The position numbers and the translations under genes were made by a program. 44,641 nt of DNA from a virus (Duplodnaviria > Caudoviricetes), in IMG/VR virus record IMGVR_UViG_3300017651_000190, positions 1 to 44,641 of that record; one strand, given 5' to 3'. Below the pieces are notes generated by a model, which had not been told where the DNA came from, ran no database searches, and saw nothing but the letters and a program-made list of their open reading frames with translations. This document shows positions 34,175 to 42,273 of this stretch, piece after piece. Every line of letters starts with the position of its first letter. The stretch's first letter is position 1.

Positions 34175-35607
34175 GCCGCAAGCCCCGTCTTTTCGGTGAA
34201 CGCCTTGGCAATCGCGGCCTTCGCCGCGCCGACTGAACGCGCCTTCTTATGCGGGCCGGTCACGCTGCCCAGCCAGAAGGACCATGTGCAGCCCTTCTCC
34301 GCCGGAAACACCGCTCCGACCTCGACGGAACCGAGCTTGGCGACGATCCGGCCGCCGGGATGCGGTTCGTCCCACACGAGGTGGGCGGCCGGGGCCGTGG
34401 AGGGAGGAGGTTCCACGGGGGCCCCGGCCTGATCCGCCTGTCGCTGGGAGGAGGAAGCGGCAGGCGGGGTCTCGTCATCGGCAAGCGGCGGCAGTGGTGC
34501 CGCCGCCTCATAGTCTTTCCAGTCCACGCGCTGCACCTGGAACGCGCCGGCATAGGCACCGCCCCCGTCGCGCTCCCAGATGAACCACGCCGTGTTCATC
34601 CGGCTGGGCGCCTCAGGCCCGCAATAGTCGTCGCGGTGCATCATCGGCAGGCGGCGGGTGAAGACGAGCACGCGCGCCGGCCGGCAATCGTCGAGCGCGA
34701 AATTCCGGTCGGGATCGTCGAACCCGGCGAGGAAATTGAGGTTGAGCAGCAGCGCCATCTTGCGCGGCCGGTGCACGCGCAGCGCATGTGCCACATAGGC
34801 GTTCAGCACGCCGCCATAGGGCGGGTTGGTGACGATGTCGAAATCCGGCGCATCCGGGCTTGCCGCACCGGTCAGGAAGTCGCTGACGCCCTGCACCTCG
34901 CCATGGCGCGTGACGGTGCCATAGTCGACAAGATCGGAGATCGCCACGTCGTATCCCGCATCCTCCAGCGGCCGCACGATCGCGCCGCGCCCGCAGGACG
35001 GCTCCCAGATCCGCACGCAGAAGCTCTCCCGCGCCAGCAGCGCGCGCATCGCCTCGATCGGCGTCTCGTAGAGATTGTGCCCGCGTTCTTCCTTGCTGGC
35101 GCTGGCCGTGCCGACAGCGGCGCGCAGGTTAGCCCGCGAGGGCTCCAGCCCCGCCGCGATCCGCGCCGCGATGGCCCGCTCGACGATGCCCGGCGCCTTC
35201 GCCTCGGCCGCCGCCAGCTTGCGCGCCTCGTGGATTTCCTTCGAGGACAGGCCGATCTCGTCGACGGTCGCAGGCGAAATGCTATTCTCGTCGGGAATAG
35301 CTTTTCCGCGCTGGCCCGGTCTGCGCAGTTCGCCCCGCGCCTGCGCCGCGTCATACTCGGCCGCGATGCGAATCTTAGCCCGCGCCTCGATCAGCAGCGC
35401 ATCGCCTTGCAGCCGCCGCGCCTTCGCCACCAGTCTGTCGGCCGCGCCGAAGCGCGCCGCCAGATGCGCCGCACCCTTGGCCTGCTCATAGGCACCAGCC
35501 GCCAGCAGGCGGGCGGCGATCACATCGCCCTCGTCGAGCAGTGCCCGTGCCCGCTCGACCATTTCGGGCAGGCCGGAAGCGTCGGCGGTGACAAGGTCCG
35601 CCGTCAT
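34171..35607 (-). CDS. Multidomain protein with an N6-adenine methyltransferase-like domain
   Basis: LYETP, IWEPSCGRGAI (SAM binding), IVTNPPY (catalytic); helical N-terminal region and extra C-terminal domain. Confidence 0.8.
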   Translation of the reverse strand: MTADLVTADASGLPEMVERARALLDEGDVIAARLLAAGAYEQAKGAAHLAARFGAADRLVAKARRLQGDALLIEARAKIRIAAEYDAAQARGELRRPGQRGKAIPDENSISPATVDEIGLSSKEIHEARKLAAAEAKAPGIVERAIAARIAAGLEPSRANLRAAVGTASASKEERGHNLYETPIEAMRALLARESFCVRIWEPSCGRGAIVRPLEDAGYDVAISDLVDYGTVTRHGEVQGVSDFLTGAASPDAPDFDIVTNPPYGGVLNAYVAHALRVHRPRKMALLLNLNFLAGFDDPDRNFALDDCRPARVLVFTRRLPMMHRDDYCGPEAPSRMNTAWFIWERDGGGAYAGAFQVQRVDWKDYEAAAPLPPLADDETPPAASSSQRQADQAGAPVEPPPSTAPAAHLVWDEPHPGGRIVAKLGSVEVGAVFPAEKGCTWSFWLGSVTGPHKKARSVGAAKAAIAKAFTEKTGLAA

Positions 35608-36194
35608 GCGTCTGCCTCAGCCATCGCCACGGCCCGCGGCCAGAGCGGTGCTACGGCGTCCCAACAGCCGTGTTCCTCACACCACGTGCGAACCTCGGCA
35701 CCGCCTTCATCGGCGATGCGGTTTGCAAGATCCTCGACAACATCGTCGGGGTCGCAGGCAGCACGGTCGACGATCGTCAGGCAGTCCTCGCAGACGACCT
35801 CCCCGGCGACGATCTTGCCGCCGAAATCGGGATGAGTTTCATAGCCGCAGCGCTCGCAGCAATGTCCGAGACCGGCATCGAACCAGTTCGCAGGCGCCAC
35901 ACGCCGGAGCCCATCCCACGCCTCGACGCGCTGAACGTATTCCTCGTCGAACACCGCGGGCTCGTCGCCCCAATCGCGATCGCAAGCCCATTCCCTGAAT
36001 GCCTCCTCCGGCGTGCGGGCAAAGATCGCCTGCCAGTCATATTCGCCAGGCGTGCCGACGGCGAAGGCCATCAGGTCCGGCCCCTTCGACAGGTCGATCC
36101 CGATGCTCATTGCGGAAAAGGCCGGCGCCGGCAGTGCCGCAGCAAGTGCAGATGATGACGCGCCGAGGAGAAATGCGCGGCGGGAGAGGCTCAT
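35604..36194 (-). CDS. Hypothetical Cys-rich protein with a Tat-like N-terminus
   Basis: MSLSRRAFLLG...; CCERC and VCEDC motifs. Confidence 0.7.
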   Translation of the reverse strand: MSLSRRAFLLGASSSALAAALPAPAFSAMSIGIDLSKGPDLMAFAVGTPGEYDWQAIFARTPEEAFREWACDRDWGDEPAVFDEEYVQRVEAWDGLRRVAPANWFDAGLGHCCERCGYETHPDFGGKIVAGEVVCEDCLTIVDRAACDPDDVVEDLANRIADEGGAEVRTWCEEHGCWDAVAPLWPRAVAMAEADA

Positions 36195-36295
36195 CCCCAC
36201 ACTCCCAAGGCATAGGCGCCAGCCAGATTCACCGCGACGAGCAGCAGCCCGAGCGCGAGGCCGGCGGCGAGCGAATGGTTCGGGCGGCGGGTCAC
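36191..36295 (-). CDS. Small single-TM peptide (34 aa)
   Basis: GTGA/ATGA coupling on both sides; hydrophobic LAAGLALGLLLVAVNLAGAYALG. Confidence 0.55.
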   Translation of the reverse strand: MTRRPNHSLAAGLALGLLLVAVNLAGAYALGVWG

Positions 36296-36597
36296 CGGCC
36301 CTGCTCCCCGTAGCTGTCGGCCACGAGCAGCCCGACGACCTCTTCCACCCAGTCGTCGCGCCACCATTTGGCGGCGCGGGCTGCGGCGAGGATCGGGCTG
36401 ACATTGGCTGGCGTGACGAGCCCGCAGCATCGCGCGATGCCTATCCGCCGCGCATCGGGAAACACCTCGATCAGCGCGGCCATCGCCACCGCACGCGCCC
36501 GCGAGGGCTGGCGCATGCATGTCGCGAACGGCAGGTCGCCGGTCAGGCGGCATGCGGCCACGATGGCCGTGGCGATCTGGTCGGCGGTGGGAAACAT
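36292..36597 (-). CDS. Hypothetical protein
   Basis: 101-aa ORF, 3 nt after the CII-like stop. Confidence 0.65.
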   Translation of the reverse strand: MFPTADQIATAIVAACRLTGDLPFATCMRQPSRARAVAMAALIEVFPDARRIGIARCCGLVTPANVSPILAAARAAKWWRDDWVEEVVGLLVADSYGEQGR

Positions 36598-36600
36598 CGG

Positions 36601-37107
36601 TCACGACCCCGACACCACGCGCAGGCCCTCGCCCGCGCCGAGGGCGGCCAGCCGGTTGTCGATGTCGGCGCGGATGCGCTCCACCCTGCGCGACAGGTCG
36701 CGCAGGATCTGCGCCTCGGCCGGCGTGACCACGCCGTCCGCCTTGGCGCGCACGGTCTCGACCATCATGTTGCCCGCCGCCTCGACGAGGTCGGCGTTGA
36801 GCGCCGACAGGCAGGCGGCCATGGCGTCGCGCGCGCCGCCGCCGCTCACCTCCAGCCCGAGAAACTCGTTCATCACGGCGGTGACGATCGGCCGGCCGAC
36901 ATAGCCCTCCATCGCCATCACCACCGGCGTCGGCATGTCGTCGCGGTCGACGCCGCCATACCAGCGGCCCACCTGGCTGCGCGAAATGGAGAACTTCTCC
37001 ACCACGCGCTTGCAGCCGCCATAGGCGTCGATCAGGTCCGTCTGCGCCGCGTGCAGGCGAAGCTGCCAGCGCGGCGTGAACTCGCGGGGTTCGGACATGG
37101 CGTCCAT
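36601..37107 (-). CDS. CII-like transcriptional regulator
   Basis: LI...GG......S.SQV.RW....D.D.MP, ADG.VTPAEA motifs; position after cro; GAGGAGG RBS. Confidence 0.75.
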   Translation of the reverse strand: MDAMSEPREFTPRWQLRLHAAQTDLIDAYGGCKRVVEKFSISRSQVGRWYGGVDRDDMPTPVVMAMEGYVGRPIVTAVMNEFLGLEVSGGGARDAMAACLSALNADLVEAAGNMMVETVRAKADGVVTPAEAQILRDLSRRVERIRADIDNRLAALGAGEGLRVVSGS

Positions 37108-37135
37108 GGTCGGCCTCCTCTCAGGCGCAAAAGCA

Positions 37136-37178
37136 TTCCCGCGCCGGGAAATCCCGGCGTCGTTTCCCGTGGCGGGAA
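37136..37178. promoter_or_regulatory. Pair of TTCCCG-N3-CGGGAA palindromes upstream of the CII-like gene
   Basis: Copies at 37136-37150 and 37164-37178. Confidence 0.55.
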
Positions 37179-37228
37179 AGGCTGGATCGATTCACAAAGC
37201 GGGCATGAACACCCGCGAACACATCACC

Positions 37229-37678
37229 TCATGGCGGCGCACCCCCGTTCGGGCGGCCGGGCTGAACCCCTACAGTCGCACTGTCCCCATCGGGTGCCGG
37301 GAGCCTCGCGAGCCGTACCGGGGCCGCCCCTCGGGGTATTCTGGAATCACGGAAACGATTTCCCGCCACGCGGTCGGAGTCCGGCACGTCGGCCAGGTCG
37401 TCCTGCACGGCGAGAAGATGGGAAAGCCCGATCGCCTCGACGCGGGCGCAGGCAAATTCGGTCAGCACCTTGCGCGCAAGCTGCTCCACGGTCTGCCCGT
37501 CATGCGCGGCGACCAGCGCGAGCAGCACCCCGGCTTGGTCGGAGAGCCCGACATGCAGATGATCGGAAATTGCCGGCGCGGCCCTGAGGGGGGCTTGGGG
37601 CGAGGCCGCGCCGGCAGTCACCGCACCAGACGACGCGGCGCGGGATTCGAGAAAGCGGGGCGCGCGGAAGCCGGTCAC
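37229..37678 (-). CDS. Hypothetical protein (possible ribbon-helix-helix-like segment)
   Basis: GTG start overlapping the cro stop; LHVGLSD....L...A...G.TVEQLAR..L. Confidence 0.45.
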   Translation of the reverse strand: MTGFRAPRFLESRAASSGAVTAGAASPQAPLRAAPAISDHLHVGLSDQAGVLLALVAAHDGQTVEQLARKVLTEFACARVEAIGLSHLLAVQDDLADVPDSDRVAGNRFRDSRIPRGAAPVRLARLPAPDGDSATVGVQPGRPNGGAPP

Positions 37679-37917
37679 TCTGCGGCCTCCGCAATCGGGC
37701 GTTCGACCGCTTCCGGCCACGGGGTCTCATCCGGCCAGTTGTCTGCAAACCAATGGAGGGCGCGCGTCAGACGCCGCACGCCGATATCCGATCCGTGACG
37801 GATGCCTGCAATCCTCTTGCCGTCGAAAAACACGCGCGACGAAAGCGTCGCCTCTGCCATTCCGGTGGCAGCACAGTAACGCTCTACGAGGAGAAGCATG
37901 GCATCAATCTGTTTCAT
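37675..37917 (-). CDS. cro: Cro-like repressor
   Basis: 80 aa, divergent from cI; ATLS.RVF.DGK...G.D....R...A..WF..NWP....WP. Confidence 0.8.
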   Translation of the reverse strand: MKQIDAMLLLVERYCAATGMAEATLSSRVFFDGKRIAGIRHGSDIGVRRLTRALHWFADNWPDETPWPEAVERPIAEAAE

Positions 37918-37930
37918 ACGGACATTCTAT

Positions 37931-38004
37931 GCGGGATATGTCCCGCTTTTGTCAACGGGGTATGTCCCGCTTTCCGCGACGACTGCGAGCGGGAATATTC
38001 CCGC
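37931..38004. promoter_or_regulatory. OR-like operator region: three 16-bp operators
   Basis: GCGGGATATGTCCCGC (37931), ACGGGGTATGTCCCGC (37955), GCGGGAATATTCCCGC (37989); TTGACA on the - strand at 37950-37955. Confidence 0.9.
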
Positions 38005-38005
38005 T

Positions 38006-38617
38006 ATGAGTACGACCCTGAAAGATCAGATACTTAGACGCATTGAGCGGCGGCTTGATGAGCTTAAGCTGTCGGCAAATGCCGCAGGCATCGCATCAGG
38101 ACTTGGTAAGGACCTGATTCGTGACTGGCGCAGAAGCAAGGCGCTGCCCAGGCTGGACAGCCTGGCGAAACTTGCGCCGGTGCTCAAGACATCCCCGGAG
38201 TGGCTCGCGTACGAAGTAGGTCCAGACTCAGTGCGCGACGTATCGGTGCCAATCGTCTCGTGGGTAGCAGCCAGCCGCTTTGTGGATGTTCCACAGATCC
38301 TAGATGCGTCGGATGCTCCAACCCTGTCGGTAGGAGACATCGGAAATGGCAAGCATCTGGCTCTCGAGGTCAAAGGCGATTCGATGAATCTGGTGGCGCC
38401 AGAAGGATCGAAGATTGTCGTCGCGCTTGACCAGAGGGAACTGCTCCCGCGTCGCTTCTACGTATTCATCAAAGATGGATCGGCTACTTTTAAGCGCTAC
38501 ATGGTTGGGCCGGAGCGACTTGATCCCTTTTCAACCAATGGCGAGCACGAAGCCTTGCCGATTGACGAGACGACCGCTGTCATCGGAAGAGTTGTCCGCG
38601 TGATAAACGACCTCTAG
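38006..38617 (+). CDS. cI: CI-like repressor (HTH plus S24 peptidase)
   Basis: XRE HTH (PRLDSL.KLA..L.TSPEWL); S24 catalytic GDSM and TFKRY; no RBS, probably leaderless. Confidence 0.93.
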   Translation: MSTTLKDQILRRIERRLDELKLSANAAGIASGLGKDLIRDWRRSKALPRLDSLAKLAPVLKTSPEWLAYEVGPDSVRDVSVPIVSWVAASRFVDVPQILDASDAPTLSVGDIGNGKHLALEVKGDSMNLVAPEGSKIVVALDQRELLPRRFYVFIKDGSATFKRYMVGPERLDPFSTNGEHEALPIDETTAVIGRVVRVINDL

Positions 38618-39018
38618 TCGACCTCGATCTCTGGCGGCCACAAGAGCTTCAGCTTTACCCCAAAACTCCCCCTATCTCTCGGTCCCATATCCCAGCCTCC
38701 CACGATTCGAGCAGCGCAGCGTGCACGAGGCACTGATATATGCTCGCGATAGGTTAGCGCATCCTCCCTCGATAGATAGCCAACCGGCATCGCATTAATG
38801 TCCACGCGAACCGCAAGCGGATCGTGTTTATTGCCGTTCTCAAGATGAAGGATCGCACCGCAATCATACTTGACGCCATCGGGATGTTTGCCGCCGCAAA
38901 TCCGGGCGATATTTCGCTAAAAAGCCGCTTCCCCAACCACATTGAACGCATAGCCCCGGCTGGCTCGCAGTACGCGTACACGGCCACCACGCAGCCCCAG
39001 CCACCCCAGCAGTCCCAT
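38614..39018 (-). pseudogene. HIRAN-like domain gene interrupted by an in-frame TAG at 38917-38919
   Basis: GGAGG RBS; MGLLGWLG...NVVGEAAF*RNIARICGG...ENGNKHDPLAVRVDINAMPVGYLSREDA...IVGGW in a single frame. Confidence 0.8.
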
Positions 39019-39070
39019 TTCCGATCCTCCACTCTACTACAACAATACGTCGTGGGCTGCGCATAGCTAA

Positions 39071-39122
39071 GCGGGATATGTCCCGTTTTTTCTGTTGACG
39101 CGGGATATGTCCCGCATTAGCT
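39071..39122 (+). promoter_or_regulatory. OL/PL-like region: two operators and an early promoter
   Basis: GCGGGATATGTCCCGT (39071) and GCGGGATATGTCCCGC (39100) flank TTGACG at 39095. Confidence 0.88.
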
Positions 39123-39159
39123 TCCCACCCCATCGCAATCCCGCGATGGAGTGAAACCC

Positions 39160-39399
39160 ATGATCCGCGACCAGATTGTCGTCACACCCCGTCGTGACGG
39201 CGCCACCTTCAGCCCGCCGCACGCCGCCCCGCTCATCGAGCGCATGACGGCGAAGATCATCGAGATGGGCATGAACGGCACGGCCGTCACCGCCGATGCC
39301 CTGTACGAACAGTCCGACTTCACCCGCGACGAGATCAAGGCGCATGGCGCGCAGGCCGCCGACCTCGCCCGCGCCCGCGCCGTCCGCCAGTTGGCCTGA
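39160..39399 (+). CDS. Hypothetical early protein
   Basis: GGAG RBS; first ORF after the PL-like promoter; start 39151 (GTG) or 39160 (ATG). Confidence 0.7.
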   Translation: MIRDQIVVTPRRDGATFSPPHAAPLIERMTAKIIEMGMNGTAVTADALYEQSDFTRDEIKAHGAQAADLARARAVRQLA

Positions 39400-39404
39400 T
39401 CGCC

Positions 39405-39653
39405 ATGGCGTCGTTGAGCGCGCCTGCCCGGCGCAAGGCAAGAGACGCGGCGGCCGAGGCCCTCGGCCCCGGCCCTTTCTTCGACGGCGGCGCCCTGCGC
39501 GCCGCGAAGGACCGCGCCGCCGCAGGCGCAGCGCTGTCCACCCCCTTCGCCGAGATCGTCATCTGGCTCGCCGTCGCCTTCTCCCTCGGCACCGCCGGCA
39601 TGCTGACGATCGAAGCCCTCGCCCGCCTGGGCGCAAGCTGCGGGGTGGCGTGA
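39405..39653 (+). CDS. Hypothetical protein with a C-terminal TM
   Basis: Operonic ORF; IVIWLAVAFSLGTAGML. Confidence 0.55.
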   Translation: MASLSAPARRKARDAAAEALGPGPFFDGGALRAAKDRAAAGAALSTPFAEIVIWLAVAFSLGTAGMLTIEALARLGASCGVA

Positions 39654-39952
39654 TGGCTGATCCGTGGAAAGACGAACAGGAACAGCAGACCCAAGAGCTG
39701 ACCGAAATCATCCAGCGTTCCATCGATGATTACGGCAAACGCCTGCTCGGCGAAGGCCGGCAGCCAACCCTCAATGCGGTGGGCGGCGCGCTCGCATCGG
39801 CCATCGGGGCGATGCTCGCAAGCGTCAACGACCGGCGGGTTCGCAAGGCGCTCCGCAAATCGATCGACGATGCGCTGCCGCAGGCGATCGCGGCGCATGA
39901 AGGCCGCATGGGTCATACCCGCATCGTCACCATTGGGAGGCTCAACGGATGA
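39653..39952 (+). CDS. Hypothetical protein
   Basis: TGATG overlap; MADPWKDEQ... 99 aa. Confidence 0.65.
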   Translation: MADPWKDEQEQQTQELTEIIQRSIDDYGKRLLGEGRQPTLNAVGGALASAIGAMLASVNDRRVRKALRKSIDDALPQAIAAHEGRMGHTRIVTIGRLNG

Positions 39953-40680
39953 TCGCCCGCTTCGGAGACTGGATGCAGACCTTCACCGGCCGCCAGTTCT
40001 GGCCGCTTGACCCGCGCCCCGACGAGATCGCCGTCGAGGACATCGCCCACGCGCTCGCCATGCAGTGCCGCTACGCCGGCCACTGCCTGCGCTTCTACTC
40101 CGTGGCGGAGCACAGTGTGCTCCTCTCCGAATGGGTCATGGCTGAGGCAGGCACGCATGCCGCGCTCTGGGCGCTGCTGCACGACGCCAGCGAAGCCTAC
40201 CTCGTCGACGTACCGCGTCCGGTGAAGCCATACCTCGCGGGTTACAAACCCGCCGAAGCCGTTGTGATGCGCGCCGTCGCGGCGCGCTTCGGCCTCGCGC
40301 CGGACATCCCCGCCATCGTCAAGCAGGCCGACGATCGCATCATCGCCGACGAACGCGCCAATCTCAGCGCATGCGTCGCGCAATGGGATTTCGACGCCAT
40401 CCCGCTCGGCGTGACGCTGCACTACTGGACGCCAGATGTGGCCGAAGAGCGCTTCCTTGAGGCGTTCCGCTGGCTGATCGACGCAGTCGATGTAGACCGT
40501 TGCATCGCCTGCGACATGCCGTTCAAGGACGGCGACGCCGTCTACGATGACGTGAGTGGCGGTAGCCTGCACGCGGCGTGCTGCGGCCCGGAGGTGGAAT
40601 CATACGTCGATGCCGCCGGCGAACCGCTCAAGCCCGGCGAAGCAATACCTGCGCCTTACATTTGGAGGGCGCAGCCATGA
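39949..40680 (+). CDS. HD-domain phosphohydrolase (YfbR/YfdR-like 5'-deoxynucleotidase) with a C-terminal Cys-rich extension
   Basis: DIAHALA..CRY.GH...FYSVAEHS, ALLHDASEAYL.D..RPVK motifs. Confidence 0.9.
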   Translation: MIARFGDWMQTFTGRQFWPLDPRPDEIAVEDIAHALAMQCRYAGHCLRFYSVAEHSVLLSEWVMAEAGTHAALWALLHDASEAYLVDVPRPVKPYLAGYKPAEAVVMRAVAARFGLAPDIPAIVKQADDRIIADERANLSACVAQWDFDAIPLGVTLHYWTPDVAEERFLEAFRWLIDAVDVDRCIACDMPFKDGDAVYDDVSGGSLHAACCGPEVESYVDAAGEPLKPGEAIPAPYIWRAQP

Positions 40681-41045
40681 GCGCCGACCGTATCGCCGAG
40701 CTGCTCGCGGCCAATAACGAATACCAGCAGGATGCCCGCGCTTCGCGGGCGCAGGCCAAGCGCTACAAGGAAGAGCGCGACCGCGCCAACCGCAACCGCG
40801 ACATGTGGCAAAGCCAGTGCGAACGGCAGGCCGAGAAGCTGGCGACGTTCCGCGCCATCATCCGGGCTGCACTTCCGATCATCGAGCAGAACCGCAACGA
40901 ACTGTTCGACGGGCACCAGATCGACGGCGAGCTGCGCGTCGAGGACGAGCACGACCAGATCGCGGCGAACGACATCGCCGAGATGGATTTGTGGCTCGTC
41001 TCTGCCCGTTGCGAGCTGGAAGCGGAGGCTGGCGGCCATGGCTGA
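40677..41045 (+). CDS. Coiled-coil hypothetical protein
   Basis: ATGA overlap; GGAGG RBS. Confidence 0.65.
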   Translation: MSADRIAELLAANNEYQQDARASRAQAKRYKEERDRANRNRDMWQSQCERQAEKLATFRAIIRAALPIIEQNRNELFDGHQIDGELRVEDEHDQIAANDIAEMDLWLVSARCELEAEAGGHG

Positions 41046-42273
41046 GCACTCCAGCATCGAATGGACCGACGCGACGTGGAACCCGGTCACCGGCTGCACC
41101 GTCATGTCGCCCGGCTGCACGAACTGCTACGCGATGAAGCTGGCCGGTACCCGGCTGCAGCATCATCCCAGCCGGGCGGGCCTGACGGTCGACACCAAAG
41201 CCGGCCCGGTCTGGAACGGGCAGGTCCGCCTCAACGAGCAATGGCTCGACCAGCCCCTGCGCTGGACGCGCCCGCGCATGATATTCGTGTGCGCCCATGG
41301 CGACCTGTTCCACGAGGACGTGCCTGACGAGTGGATCGACCGCGTCTTCGCCGTCATGGCGCTTTCGCCGCAACACACCTTTCAGGTGCTGACCAAGCGC
41401 AGCGCGCGGATGCGCGAGTATGTCAACGGCATCAAGTCGAACATCCCTTTCCTCGGCAGAATGCCGCTGGAGCGTATCCACCTCGAAGCCGCCGCGCATA
41501 TGGAAGGCGACGGCGGTTTCATGGACGTGTTGAAGGAACGCGGCAACGTCTACAGTCTCTATCTCGATGCCCCATGGCCCCTCCCCAACCTCTGGCTCGG
41601 CGTCTCCGCCGAGGATCAGATGCGCGCCGACGAGCGCATCCCCGATCTTCTGGCGACACCCGCAGCTATCCGCTTCGTCTCGGCCGAGCCTCTTCTCGGC
41701 CCGATTGATTTAGAACGGGTCGGAACGCTCGACAGCGTGCGGATGGCTTTGCCAGACGTTATTGCACGCGAGGACCGCGGGCGGCCCAAGAGTGGCGCCG
41801 GATCGATCAGCGGCGCACAGATCGATGCTCTAGGCTCAGCCGGATCGTCACTTACGTTCTTCCAGACCCCCGACCATATGGGCGGTTTCACGGCCGCATC
41901 GCCTCGCCAGTGGCCGAGCCTCGACTGGGTCATCGTCGGCGGCGAGAGCGGCAAGGGCGCCCGTCCCATGCACCCCGCCTGGGCCCGTCAGATTCGCGAC
42001 CAGTGCGACGCCGCAGGCGTTCCGTTCTTCTTCAAGCAATGGGGAAGCTGGGTTTCGATCTACGACCGCGACCGCGACGATCCCGATTGGCGAAATGTGC
42101 CGAAGCCCGGCGATTGGCATCGAAAACGCTGGCTCAATCTGGCTGGGGGCCAGGGGTTCCACGGCGCCGAGCTCAACATGATGCGCAATGTCGGCAAGAA
42201 AGCCGCCGGTCGACTGCTCGATGGCATCGAGCACAACGGCATGCCACAGATCGGCGAGGTGCCGGCGCTATGA
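41038..42273 (+). CDS. Phage Gp37/Gp68 (DUF5131) radical-SAM-like protein
   Basis: SIEWTDATWNPVTGC...SPGC.NCYA, DLFH, HTFQ.LTKR, S.EPLLG, WVIVGGESG..ARP, FFFKQWG. Confidence 0.93.
   Translation: MAEHSSIEWTDATWNPVTGCTVMSPGCTNCYAMKLAGTRLQHHPSRAGLTVDTKAGPVWNGQVRLNEQWLDQPLRWTRPRMIFVCAHGDLFHEDVPDEWIDRVFAVMALSPQHTFQVLTKRSARMREYVNGIKSNIPFLGRMPLERIHLEAAAHMEGDGGFMDVLKERGNVYSLYLDAPWPLPNLWLGVSAEDQMRADERIPDLLATPAAIRFVSAEPLLGPIDLERVGTLDSVRMALPDVIAREDRGRPKSGAGSISGAQIDALGSAGSSLTFFQTPDHMGGFTAASPRQWPSLDWVIVGGESGKGARPMHPAWARQIRDQCDAAGVPFFFKQWGSWVSIYDRDRDDPDWRNVPKPGDWHRKRWLNLAGGQGFHGAELNMMRNVGKKAAGRLLDGIEHNGMPQIGEVPAL

Noticed and set aside
37207-37220. GAAC-N6-GAAC resembling an SOS box upstream of cII
   Set aside because: Spacer is 6 nt rather than the required 7
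36013-37798. + strand ORFs of 524 aa and 240 aa in the cII-cro region
   Set aside because: Antisense to coupled - strand genes; low-complexity Arg/Pro/Gly composition
37931-39115. Repeated 16-mers as a possible CRISPR or mini-array
   Set aside because: Palindromic operators overlapping promoters, with irregular short spacing and no cas genes
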